NCBI RefSeq assembly: GCF_006345805.1
Contig: NC_043001.1
Location: 130,076,001 to 130,140,000 of the forward strand
Reading direction: 5' to 3'
DNA: 64,000 bases
DNA from: Octopus sinensis
Taxonomy: Eukaryota
Shown one piece after another: positions 39,602 through 50,555 of this stretch (position 1 is the stretch's first letter; every line of letters begins with the position of its first letter). A program made the position numbers and the translations under genes. The notes under the pieces are model-generated. The model did not search any database and was not told the origin of the DNA. It saw only the letters and a program-made list of their open reading frames with translations.

Positions 39602-39975
39602 TAATAGAAATATTAAAATTACTAAGTCTCTATAAAATTATAAAGACTTAGTAATTTTAATATTTCTATTATTGAAAACAAGTGGATGTATTCCACTGAA
39701 ACTAGGTAAATATAAGCCTTCGAACAGAGACGTCAGTGGCGACACCTGCGGGGTCTGACTGCGCTACATTGACAAGGGGCAATACCCCGAAACGCGTCTG
39801 TAGCTGTCGGACTGGCAGTGTGAAGCGGCTGACCTCCCTTGTTCGAAGGTTATAATGGATACAGATCGTGTATCAATAGCTATCTTAAGGCGGTGGCCTC
39901 ATGGAGCTGACCAGCGGCAGCGATTATTCTTATATCTATAAGAATGCCATATTAATATGGCGATAACAATTAATT
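39602..39975 (+). mobile_element. Penelope-derived or retrozyme-like non-coding element
   Basis: Flanked by direct repeat ACCATTTAAGCAA (39589-39601, 39976-39988); 5' fold-back, rod-like core, hammerhead. Confidence 0.65.
39763..39804 (+). ncRNA. Type I hammerhead ribozyme (U3:A8 variant, palindromic helix III)
   Basis: GCTACA-TTGACAA-GGGG CAATA CCCC-GAA-ACGCGT-C^TGTAGC; all three helices and core positions fit. Confidence 0.8.
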
Positions 39976-40218
39976 ACCATTTAAGCAAATTTGTCTAAAA
40001 TTTCTTATAAGCAAAGAGTACTGTAGTTCAAGTCTTCAGTGGATGTGGGCCAGTGGAATGAAGAAAAAAATGCCTTACTTGGAAACCAAGTAAAAATTGA
40101 TGACAGGAAGAGCATCCCTCTAAAGTAAATCTGTTTTAACAATTCTTGTCAAATGTAAAACCAAATGAATGAAGCCACTATCTAATTTGTCCTTTCCTTC
40201 TTTTCCATTTTGTAAAAG

Positions 40219-40413
40219 CACAAGGACGATGGTTCTCAGACTGATAACATACCCATGCCTAACCAGAAGAATTTTAGTCAATTTTCAGCTTCTTTACCCA
40301 TTTACAAGATAAAGGGTATGTTACATCTGAGAATGTACTTCTTGATCAGATGGAATGGTCAGATGGAATGGTTATGTTTGCTTACTGAACAGCTCATTCA
40401 GAACTATCCCCAG
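40219..40413 (+). CDS. Candidate internal coding exon (65 codons, phase 0/0) with a chromo-shadow-like C-terminal half
   Basis: Acceptor CTAATTTGTCCTTTCCTTCTTTTCCATTTTGTAAAAG, only one open frame, donor CAG|GTTAAG (alternative AGG|GTATGT after 40315). Confidence 0.5.
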
Positions 40414-40474
40414 GTTAAGTTTATTTGTTTCTTTTTAACCGATTTAACATGAAAAGAAAGAGTAGTGTGCTTAA

Positions 40475-41016
40475 CTCTTTAGTTTTCAGATTATTCTGTC
40501 AGATGTAATTCTTATTTACTCACATTGCTTTAGATTAATTCTATATCATCTTGCGCAGGCCTGGGCTATAGATAAGAAAGTCCTGGGTAGCCCAATCGTC
40601 AGGTTTCCTCTCTCGACCTAGCTGATGTAGTCCAGTGGAGTGCAGTGCATTACGTTTGGTACCAGCTTGGTTGCAGGAGCTGCCGGAAGAGTGTCGAGTC
40701 GAACACTAGACCGCCTTCGGGGCTCCACTCCGGATTTCTTTGAAGGCTGTCTCCTTTCTGTAACCCTGGATAGGGGCCCATACCGGGTACTGTCAGCCGA
40801 AGCCAGCTGAGCCCGGAACTCGTGTCAGGCAGGGTCATCACTCCCTGAAGTAGTGAAGAAGTTCGCTACCCCTTACAGCTTCCATATTTCAATGATGTGA
40901 TTGTATATTTTTAGAACGACATTGTATGGTAGGTGTGAGAGGTCAGAACTGGCATGTTCAAACATAAAACACATAGAATATTTGGGCCAGATGTAGTCGA
41001 TTTAAATGCTAAAGGG
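40475..41016. mobile_element. piggyBac-like MITE remnant containing an insertion
   Basis: TTAA|CTCTTTAG left end, CTAAAGGG|TTGA right end; related ends near 20350, 30770 and 49435. Confidence 0.55.
40555..40875 (+). mobile_element. GC-rich insertion resembling an RTE-clade LINE 5' UTR
   Basis: GTAGCCCAATCGTCAGG...CTCCACTCCGGATTT; recognised from memory only. Confidence 0.35.
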
Positions 41017-42015
41017 TTGACCCTTTTCTGTTGTAGAGAAAAGTCTGTTCATAAACTTGAAGCTTGGCCCAAATGCAAGCAACAGAGTGGTCTCTGCTAC
41101 ATGTTCCCAAGGACCATGAGGTGGTAGTGGTGGTCATTGGGATGTTATTGGTGTTAAAGTAGGTGATGGATTAAGGCTACCACTCACTTTTCACCATAAA
41201 ATGTGGAATTGTGCAGCAGCCATTAAAAATCCCTTCTTCCTTCCTCCACCCCCACCTCACATGCTCTCCACTCCACAAACACCACCAAACCCCCCCACAC
41301 ACACACCATCATAAAAGCTTAGGAGACATTTAAATATAAATATATATTTTTTTTATGTTATAATCTAAGCTAACATGGAGAAATAGTTGACAAACATTAA
41401 AGGAACACAAAAAAAAAAGTATGTAAAAGGAAAAAAAGAAAACCAAATATCTCTCTTTATTACCACAATTATATATTTGATTATCTTCAAATTTAGCCAA
41501 TTAGAGTGTTGCTCACCCTCCTGCTACCCCCAGCTGTTCAAAAAATTGCCAAAAAGCAAAACAACCATAAACACTCACAACATCCACAAATCATGCAAAG
41601 CGAGAAATGAACCGTCGCCTCCTCCCATCCTTCCTAATCAAATATTTGTTAAGACAATCAAATTATTGCAAATTTATTTTATTATTACTTTTTTTTAAAA
41701 AATTATTTGTGCCTTTTTTTAATTTATCTTTTTTTTTTTTTACTTATATCATTTATTTATTTATTCGCTGCAGTTTTGTGTTTTTGTTTCGTACCTAAGT
41801 GGATATTATACTTACATCAATAATATCCAAAGTGTGTTTCTTAAAGATAGATAATTTGGTGTTCAAAGTATACAGAAAACATTTTCCAAGCCATACATGA
41901 ATTAATCATATTGAATTGCACTTTCATAAAGGTCACTATCATTGCTGCTGCTGCTGTGAATGGGAGGCAAATTTTGGATGCATATATATATGGATGTGGC
42001 TGAATATATACATAT

Positions 42016-42071
<56 letters not shown>

Positions 42072-42128
42072 CATATATATATATAATATATACATATATA
42101 ATATATATTATATATATATATATATATA

Positions 42129-42159
<31 letters not shown>

Positions 42160-42210
42160 CATATATTATATATATATATATATGTACCATACAATGTTGT
42201 TCTAAAAATA

Positions 42211-42261
<51 letters not shown>

Positions 42262-42264
<3 letters not shown>

Positions 42265-42530
42265 TCAAAATAAAAACATGCATGATGCCAAGGATTCAAC
42301 GGTACATGTGTTTCGGGCCTTTATTAGATGGTTTTATAACAATGCATAATGTGTGTCTATGGCCTTCTTCAGCCGCGTACAATTACTACTTCAAGGACAT
42401 GTATTACATTATAAGTTTTACGTTGGGGATGCAAATCCTCATAGTCGCGTACGACAGAGTGGGGCACCAACACAAAACGAAACGTCCATCCCGTCTTTCA
42501 TTTGATGTAGAATGAGGAAGTTTGGATGTT
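42262..42530 (-). mobile_element. Penelope-like terminal fragment
   Basis: CTGAAGAAGGCC...GGCCCGAAAC motif followed by an AT tail. Confidence 0.55.
42299..42376 (-). ncRNA. Near-intact minimal type I hammerhead motif
   Basis: GCGG-CTGAAGA-AGGCC..long loop..GGCCC-GAA-ACACATGT-A^CCGT; A10.1-C11.1 mismatch. Confidence 0.5.
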
Positions 42531-42661
42531 GAGATATATATACATATATATATATATACACACACATTTAATTACATAGACTTTCACACACACATATATG
42601 TAGTTTGTATGTATGTATGTGTGTGTGAAAGTCTATATAATTAAATGTGTGTGTATGTGTG

Positions 42662-42704
<43 letters not shown>

Positions 42705-43343
42705 CTATATATGTATGTTTGTATGTATGTATGTATGCATGCATGCATGCATCCACACACACATGTATAATATGTTTATTCATATGTGTCTATGTATATA
42801 TATTACTTATCAACCTAGTTTGGTAAGAGCTGTTACTTGAAACTTTAGCTCATAATGTCACTTAAGTTCTCTTTACAGCTGAAAAATACCTGAAGTATGC
42901 TTGTGTGTTTGTCTATCTGTGTGAACACATATATTACACACACGCACACACACACACACACACACGCACACACACACACATATATGTATATATATGTAAA
43001 AATACTGCAGGCCAATCGTGACTTACCTGGCTGAAACTTCAAAGTCGCTGTCAATAATATTCTTATTTCAGAATAATATGTGTGTGTGTGTATGTGTGTG
43101 TGTGTGTGTGTCTGTGTCTGTGTCTGTGTGTGTATGTGTGTGTACACACACACACACACACACATATACATGAACTCATACCTACATGTATGTAAGTGTC
43201 GATGTGCTTGTGCTTGGTGCAATTTTCTGACTTTACCAGTTCCTATCAAACCATCCAACCCATGCCAGCATTAGAAAGAGACATCATATGATGAAGATAA
43301 TGATAATCATATGTATGTATTTGTGTGTGTGTGTGTGTGTAAG

Positions 43344-43384
<41 letters not shown>

Positions 43385-43537
43385 TTATAAGTATATCCAT
43401 ATGTGTGTATATGTATAAATATTGTATGTATAAGTGTGTTTATATATGTGTATACATATAATTATATATATTTATAAGTATATCTATATGTGTGTATATG
43501 TATAAATATTGTATGTATAAGTGTGTTTATATATATG

Positions 43538-43597
<60 letters not shown>

Positions 43598-44438
43598 TAC
43601 ATACCTATATATATATGATATATATATATATATATATACATATTTACAAATACACACACACTCTCATACACACACTCACACACACACGCATATGTTGATG
43701 CATACATATATGCACACAAACACACTCATACATACAATTACATGGTTAGCAATTAATATCTACAAAACAATGATGGGGGTAAAACTCCCGTTGTAGCTTA
43801 AGCCATAACACAGTAATTAGAGAATATGGGAGAGGGAGAAAAATATATACAAATACAAATAAATGACATGTTATTAAAATAAATATCCAATTTCCATATC
43901 TGTTGGCAATGTCATTTTATATAGATCAATACATTCATACTTAATAAACCTTATTGCCAGAAACCTTATCCAGCTCTGCTTATCATTAGATCAATGATGA
44001 AGTCTTTGCAAATGTGTATATGGCATTTGATTTTTGCACTGTTTGCCCCAGAGACAGGCGGGGAAGAAAGGGGGAATATAAGGAATATATAATATAAATA
44101 AAGACAAAATAAAAGTACAATAAATATACTGGAACCTTCTCATGTTAGTTCTTTTTTCTTTGGTTTTATTTTTTTCATATTACGATTTGTGTGAGATGGG
44201 AGTTGGGTTAAAGACTTTACAACTTCTAGATCTCACTAAATCAGAAGCATTCTTTGGAATTTAGAACAATTTGTTCTCTGTGATGTACCAGAAATATATT
44301 CCATCTGGCATTACTAAGAAATTGATAATTGCAAGCGAATATTAATGACTTTGCCCGGCTTTCTTTGCATAAATATAATGTTATTTATACGATTCAGAGC
44401 TGTTTGTTCTTAATCACATTTTATGTATATCTTGACAG

Positions 44439-44590
44439 GAAAGCCTGGCTGGCAGTGTTGATAAGGTAGTGGATAAAACTGCCTCAGGGATCAGCAGTTC
44501 ATATCCAGAGACAGACACTGGGACTTGCACTATGTCTATTACCAACGAATTTAACTCTCAAAATGCCACAGTCAATCTAGATGAAAATAA
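44439..44590 (+). CDS. Candidate coding exon (phase 0/2), S/T-rich peptide ESLAGSVDK...NLDEN
   Basis: Acceptor TTTTATGTATATCTTGACAG; frame open 60 codons to TGA at 44619-44621; donor AA|GTATGG; GC content above flanks. Confidence 0.5.
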
Positions 44591-44676
44591 GTATGGGGTT
44601 ATTGGAATCAGGACCATCTGAGCCACATCATTATTGTACCCTGAGAAGACCATTGCACTGGGCTCTATAGTATTTA

Positions 44677-45194
44677 CTAGCAGTATTGCCCGGCGTTGCT
44701 TGGGTTTATTTCGACCCTTTAGAATTGGAAATTTTGAAAAGTAAAAATTTTGCATTATGTAGCTTGTTATTCTGTTTAAGTGAACATTTTTCTTGTTGAA
44801 ATACACCGAAAAATGGCAACACAGCAGTCAAAAATCGTAAAAATAGGGATTTTCGTAGAAAAACACCTTTTTGATGTAAATAATTTTTGGTCTTAACATG
44901 GTCCGATTTGAATTTTATCTGCTACAGAATGAAGAGCAAGCCTTCTTCTATCATACTTTCAATTTTGGTCAACATGCGCCGCAGGGTCTTGGAGGAGATA
45001 GTGTTAGTTGAATGCTACCAAACCTGCCACACACAGACAACTTCAGCTTTATATACAGGGAGTCCCAAAAAAATGTATACACACCTTAAATAATTGTAAA
45101 TTTGTTATTCTTTGTAAGCCTAGTACTTATTCTATCGTTCTCTTTTGCCGAACCACTATGTGTATACATTTTTTGGGGACACCCTGTATATAGA
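44677..45194 (-). mobile_element. Non-autonomous Helitron with a MITE in its 5' end
   Basis: 3' hairpin plus CTAG|T shared with 37909; 5' A|TCTATA after the MITE. Confidence 0.8.
45056..45186. mobile_element. Tc1/mariner-type MITE with TA TSD
   Basis: TIRs CAGGGAGTCCCAAAAAAATGTATACAC / GTGTATACATTTTTTGGGGACACCCTG; TA on both sides. Confidence 0.88.
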
Positions 45195-45571
45195 TTTATT
45201 GACAGCAAACTATATCATACATAGAGAAGAATTGGGTCCCTGCACCCATAAGGATACTGAGCCATTGTACGTTGTACCCATGCCTTAAGGTAACACTGAT
45301 GGAAATCACTCACCTTCTTGAAGAAACACCAACACTTTAGAACTGATGTGGTGGCTGTTCATTATCTTCTCATGCCAAAAAAAAACTACTTCTGTCAGTG
45401 TAGTATGGAGAGAAACACAGTTTCCAGCTGACTAACTAGCCTTTGATACACTATCTTATCCCTTTATCTATATCTTCTATTTGTATCAGTCACTGCACTG
45501 TGGTCATGCTGGAGCACTGCTTTGAAGGGTTTAGTCAAACACATCAATCCCAGTAGTTTTGTATTTAACTG

Positions 45572-46075
45572 GTGACACGTAAAAAGCACCATCCGCTCGT
45601 GGCCGTTGCCAGCGCCGCCCCGACTGGCCTCCGTGCCGGTGGCACGTAAAAACCACCATCCGTTCATGTCCGTTGCCAGCCTCGCCTGGCCCCCGTGCCG
45701 GTGGCACGTAAAAGCACCATCCGTTTCGTGGCCGTTTGCCAGCTCTGTCTGGCCCCCGTGTTGGTGGCACGTAAAAGCACCATCCGTTCGTGTCCATTGC
45801 CAGCCCCGACTGGCCTCCGTGCCGGTGGCACATAAAAGCACCATCCGTTCGTGGCCGTTTGCCAGCTCCGTCTGGCTCCTGTGCGGGTGGCACGTAAAAA
45901 GCACCCACTACACTCGCGGAGTGGTTGGCATTAGGAAGGGCATCCACCCGTAGAAACACTGCCAGATCAGGTTGGGCCTGATGCAGCCTTCTGGCTTCAC
46001 AGACCCCAGTTGAACCGTCCAACCCATGCTAGCATGGAAAGCGGACGCTAAACGATAATGATGATGATGATGATG
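45572..46075 (+). mobile_element. Family D (RTE 3' UTR) with ~6 tandem 55-65-bp units
   Basis: GGCACGTAAAAGCACCATCCG.TCGTGGCCGTT units, then the family tail. Confidence 0.9.
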
Positions 46076-46487
46076 GACTCTTTTACTGAAATGCAAAATT
46101 ACAGGAACATACACAAGCCTGTATCAGTTGTCTAACAGTGGTGGTGAGACAAAGACTAACACAAAAAAACACACACACACACACACACATGCGTGCACAC
46201 ACACACACACACACGCGCGCACACATACACACATGCACACACATACACATACGCACACACATACACACATGCTCACACATCATGGATGGCTTCCACAGAG
46301 TTTGTAAATTCACATACAGACTGCTAAATTCACACTCGAGGCATCGGTATTGATTGGCCCAGAGTTATACTAGTAGACACATGTTCAGGGAATTGCACGA
46401 TGTGACTGAAACCTAATTAAAACCACGTGGCAGTAAAGCAAGCTTCTTAAGCACACAGCCGTACCTGTACCAGTCTTTTATCTTCTT

Positions 46488-46702
46488 ATTTCTTTTACTA
46501 CCCACAAGGGGCTAAACACAGAAGGGACAGACAAAGGGATTAAGTCGATTACATCGACCCCAGTGCATAACTGGTACTTAATTTATCGACCCCGAAAGGA
46601 TGAAAGGCAAAGTCGACCTCGGCGGAATTTGAACTCAGAACATAGCGGCAGACGAAATATCACTAAGCATTTCGCCCGGTGTGCTAACATTTCTGCCAGC
46701 TC
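46488..46702 (-). mobile_element. SINE family A, A1 tail
   Basis: Reverse complement of 12085. Confidence 0.9.
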
Positions 46703-46714
46703 GTCTTTTACCTT

Positions 46715-47070
46715 CTACCTTTCACTTGCTTCAGTCATTGGACTGTAGCCATGTTGGGGTATTGCCTTGAAGAATTCTAATCAAACAAATTGACCCCAGT
46801 ACTTACTTTTTTAAGCCTGGTCCTTATTCTTTCAGTCACTTTTTACTGAATTGTTAATTAATGAGGATGTAAACAAACCAACTCTGGTTGTCAAGCAGTG
46901 ATGAGAGATAAACATAAATATAAAGACACACAGACACTTACATTCTTAAGGCTTTAGCTAACTCAAGGATTTTGCTGGTTGACGGATAGAGTAGAAAACA
47001 CTTGCAATGAGACTGAACCGAAAATCATATGGTTAGGAAGCAAGCCTCTTGCCACAAAACCATGTCTATG
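46715..47070 (-). mobile_element. Degenerate SINE family B
   Basis: Diverged tail-to-head match. Confidence 0.7.
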
Positions 47071-47249
47071 CCACTGTCAAGAACGAAAAGGAAATATCAA
47101 TCGCACTTCAAAGACACTATGTCTTTAGCTGGAGAGCAACTGATGGTCGCTGATTGGTTAAACTATCAAACTATTTAGGTATAGGTCAGCAGTGTTCCTT
47201 ATCCTGACACAAGTGTTAATCCATCTCCGTGACCAAACTATGTAAACAA

Positions 47250-47425
47250 CAATCGTTTTCTACTCTGGGCACAAGGCCCCAAATTTTTTTTTCTTTTTTA
47301 GCAGGGGGCAATCGATTAGATCAACACAGTATACAACTGGTACTTAATTTATCAGACCTGAAATTTGAACTCAGAACATATGAAATACTGCTAAGCATTT
47401 TGCCTGGCTTGCTAACGTTTCCAGG
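47250..47425 (-). mobile_element. Degenerate SINE family A, A2 tail
   Basis: CTGGTACTTAATTTATC..GAAATTTGAACTCAGAAC. Confidence 0.75.
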
Positions 47426-47774
47426 TTGACTCTCTGTGGTCATTCAACATGAATTTTGTGAGAAATTGGCATAGGCATTAACACATTGGATGAAATGTCT
47501 TGTAGTATATTTTTTTGTGTCATGCATTCTGAGTTCAAATCCTACCAAGATCGTATTTGTTCTTTATCGGTTCTGGGATTAACAAATGAAGTAACAGCCT
47601 GGGGTGGACGACTGGCAGAATCACTAGAATGTCAAACAAGATGCTGTGTGGTATTTGTTCCGGTTCTTTGCATTCTGAGTGCAGATCCCACCAAGGGAAT
47701 CCAACCATAGAAAAATCTGCCACCACATATTCTCTCTGACTCAGGCAAGCATGGAAAAGTGGATATTAAAACAA

Positions 47775-47807
47775 TGATGATGATGATGAGGAGGAGGAGG
47801 AGGATGG

Positions 47808-47840
<33 letters not shown>

Positions 47841-47888
47841 CGATGACGATGACGATGATGATGATGATGAGGAGGAGGAGGAGGATGG

Positions 47889-47919
<31 letters not shown>

Positions 47920-48125
47920 AAATGATGATGCGATGACGATGACGATGATGATGAGGAGGAGGAGGAGGAGGATGGTGATGATGATGATGATGATGATGAT
48001 GATGACGATGACGATGACGATGATGATGATGATGAGGAGGAGGATGGTGATGATGATGATGATGATGATGATGATGACGATGACGATGACGATGATGATG
48101 ATGATGAGGAGGAGGAGGAGGATGG

Positions 48126-48161
<36 letters not shown>

Positions 48162-48209
48162 CGATGACGATGACGATGATGATGATGATGAGGAGGAGGA
48201 GGAGGATGG

Positions 48210-48242
<33 letters not shown>

Positions 48243-48290
48243 CGATGACGATGACGATGATGATGATGAGGAGGAGGAGGAGGAGGATGG

Positions 48291-48323
<33 letters not shown>

Positions 48324-48370
48324 CGATGACGATGATGATGATGAGGAGGAGGAGAAGGAGGATAATGATG
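47775..48370. repeat. Higher-order GAT/GAC/GAG minisatellite (~60-70 bp x ~9)
   Basis: Unit (GAT)n(GAG)4-5GATGGT(GAT)n(GACGAT)2-3, directly after a family D 3' end. Confidence 0.95.
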
Positions 48371-49029
48371 ATTTACTTGTATTTCATCAACCACTGGAGA
48401 AATCAGATATAGATTTCACTTCCAAAAGATGCTCTCTTTCTTTCATTTTTTTTTTATGAGTTTATCAAAACCAGAGTTATGCCTGTGATCTTTTGCAAAC
48501 CCTCCTACACTGGCTAAATGCATGTAATTAATGTTCTGTAAAGATATACAGTGTTTCTTGTAACTTTTATTTCCTCAACGTTTTGTCCTAGATTTAATTG
48601 GGCAAGTGTCCAAAAGGTTTGCGAACGAATTTGGGAGATGGAAACTGAAAGAAGCCTGTCATGTGTGCATGTATGTGTATGTCAGTGTGTTTGCTTACTT
48701 CTGTGGCCTACACAAGTAACTTGCTGTAAACAGAATTGTTGTCATTTCTGCCAGCAAGTCATATGCAGACCTTGCACCTTTAAAGATGTGTGAAAGAAGA
48801 GATCCCTAACTTGAAAAACAGGATTAATGATGGGAAAGACATTTAGCTGTACATGCTTGAATATTACATTCATCTAACCCATGCTAGCATGGAAAAATGG
48901 ACATAAGACAAACATGGTTAAGAAGTGTGAATCTAAACCATGAGAGGAAAGGCATTTAGCCATAAAACTATGCCTCAATATTACATTCCACTAACCCATG
49001 CTAACATGGCAAAAATGGATGTAAAACAG

Positions 49030-49370
49030 ACATGGTTAAGAAGTGTACTTCCCACCCATTATGTCTTGGGCTCACTTTCATTGTATGGTGCCTTGGACAA
49101 ATAATGTCTTCTACTATAGCTCTAGGCCAACCAAAGCCTTGTCAGTTGATTTGGTGCATGGGAACTGTCAGAAGTCCATCATTATATATGTGTGCGTGTG
49201 TGTGTGTATGTGTGTGTGTATGTGTGTGTGTGTAAATATATATATTTGCCATCAGAAAAGTCAGAAAATGGGGTCAATGGGTTCCTCACAAATTTCTTTG
49301 AATCCTTCAAGGTAGAGCCCCAGCATAATCGCAGTCCAATGACTGAAACCAGTAAAAGACATATATGACA
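49030..49370 (+). mobile_element. Degenerate SINE family B
   Basis: TGTCTTCTACTATAGC..GGCCAACCAAAGCCTTGT and tail GCAGTCCAATGACTGAAAC. Confidence 0.7.
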
Positions 49371-49491
49371 AGCATCCATACAAACTCTTTCTACCAGTCA
49401 TTGATCAATTCTAGACTACAGCAGAATACACTTAAACCTTTAGCATTCAGATTACTCTGTCAAGAGTAATGCTTATTCATTCGCATTGTTT

Positions 49492-49655
49492 TGGGGTCGA
49501 TAAATTAAGTACCAGTTACACACTGGGGTCGATGTAACTGGTACTTAATTTATTGACCCCAAAAGGATGAAAGGCAAAGTTGACCTCGGTGGAATTTGAA
49601 CTCAGAACGTAACGGCAGACGAAATACCGCTAAGCATTTCGCCCAGCATGCTAAC
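49492..49655 (-). mobile_element. SINE family A with an inverted internal duplication
   Basis: Plus-strand core fragment joined to a minus-strand copy, giving a 28-bp hairpin. Confidence 0.85.
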
Positions 49656-49773
49656 ATTTCTGCCAGCTCGCCACTTTCTAGTTCAAATGTGCTTGTGGTG
49701 CATTCGAACTTGTAAGACCATTCACTATGTTTTGTCATGGACAAAATTTCTTACTGTAAACAAATGTTGTAAG

Positions 49774-49858
49774 AACACCTAAATCAGCTCACAGCGCCAT
49801 CTACCCTGACTATCAGATGCAAGCATTTTGGAATGATTATCTCTTGGATTTCCACAAG
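49774..49858 (+). CDS. Candidate coding exon (phase 2/0): TPKSAHSAIYPDYQMQAFWNDYLLDFHK
   Basis: Phase matches the 44439-44590 donor; in-frame stops just outside both ends; donor AAG|GTAGTG; acceptor weak. Confidence 0.42.
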
Positions 49859-49878
49859 GTAGTGTAGTTACTCTAGAG

Positions 49879-50152
49879 CAGTAGTTCCCAAACTTTTTCA
49901 GGCTGCCACCCCCTTGACACCCAGGCCACATTCCTAGCAGCCCGACCCCAACTAACCATCACAAAAATAGACGTTTTTCTGAAGCAAATTCAAAGCAACT
50001 GTATTTCACAAATAAAACTTGGCCTAATGAACCCATTATTTTGTAGTTATTACATGAATTGCTATACCATTATTGCTCCACTTTTCTTCAAAACCCCCTT
50101 GGAACTTTTCACCACCACCCAGGTTCAATACTGCCCACTTTGTGAACCACTG
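49879..50152. mobile_element. hAT (Charlie-like) MITE with 8-bp TSD
   Basis: TIRs CAGTAGTTCCCAAA / TTTGTGAACCACTG; TSD CTCTAGAG on both sides (NTCTAGAN target). Confidence 0.9.
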
Positions 50153-50389
50153 CTCTAGAGGAGCATGGACTATGATAGTAAAGATAGAGAAGGTACAGAG
50201 CAGACACAGATTGACTATCGTTCAAAATTGGTAGTGCTTTTAGTGTGGGAATTTTTGTCAGTGGAGCAGATATCACTATGTAACATGATTTTTGTCCTTG
50301 GGTGGCAACTGTTATTTTCTATTTGCTTACCCCTAGAAAGTATGAAAAATGACTAATATTTCCTTCAAACTTTGCTTTTGTCACATTTA

Positions 50390-50555
50390 TACAAACCCCA
50401 AAGAATCCCTCCCAATACATGGCTATGATGCTCTCCCACTACTCCTGCTCATGATCAGAGATGTACTTATTGTCAGCCACTAAGGGACATGCTCAACTGG
50501 TTAAGGTCAAGCAATTGACAAGTAAATCTGGGTATTGAGCAGAATATTTGCTCTA
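50390..50555 (-). mobile_element. Family E fragment
   Basis: Matches 2590-2698. Confidence 0.8.

Noticed and set aside
40570-40680. Possible HDV-like ribozyme in the RTE-like 5' UTR
   Set aside because: Could not assign the nested double pseudoknot (P1/P1.1/P2/P3) by eye
38442-41839. Chained minus-strand microexons giving LDIIDLGVAGGQRS, resembling G-alpha DVGGQRS
   Set aside because: Needs an arbitrary choice of four tiny exons; chance similarity is likely
45572-45905. CRISPR-like spaced repeats (GGCACGTAAAAGCACCATCCG)
   Set aside because: Intervening sequences are homologous to each other, the context is a eukaryotic LINE 3' UTR, and there are no cas genes
47741-48412. Two antiparallel 217-aa ORFs
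   Set aside because: Produced by a stop-free trinucleotide minisatellite grown from an RTE tail
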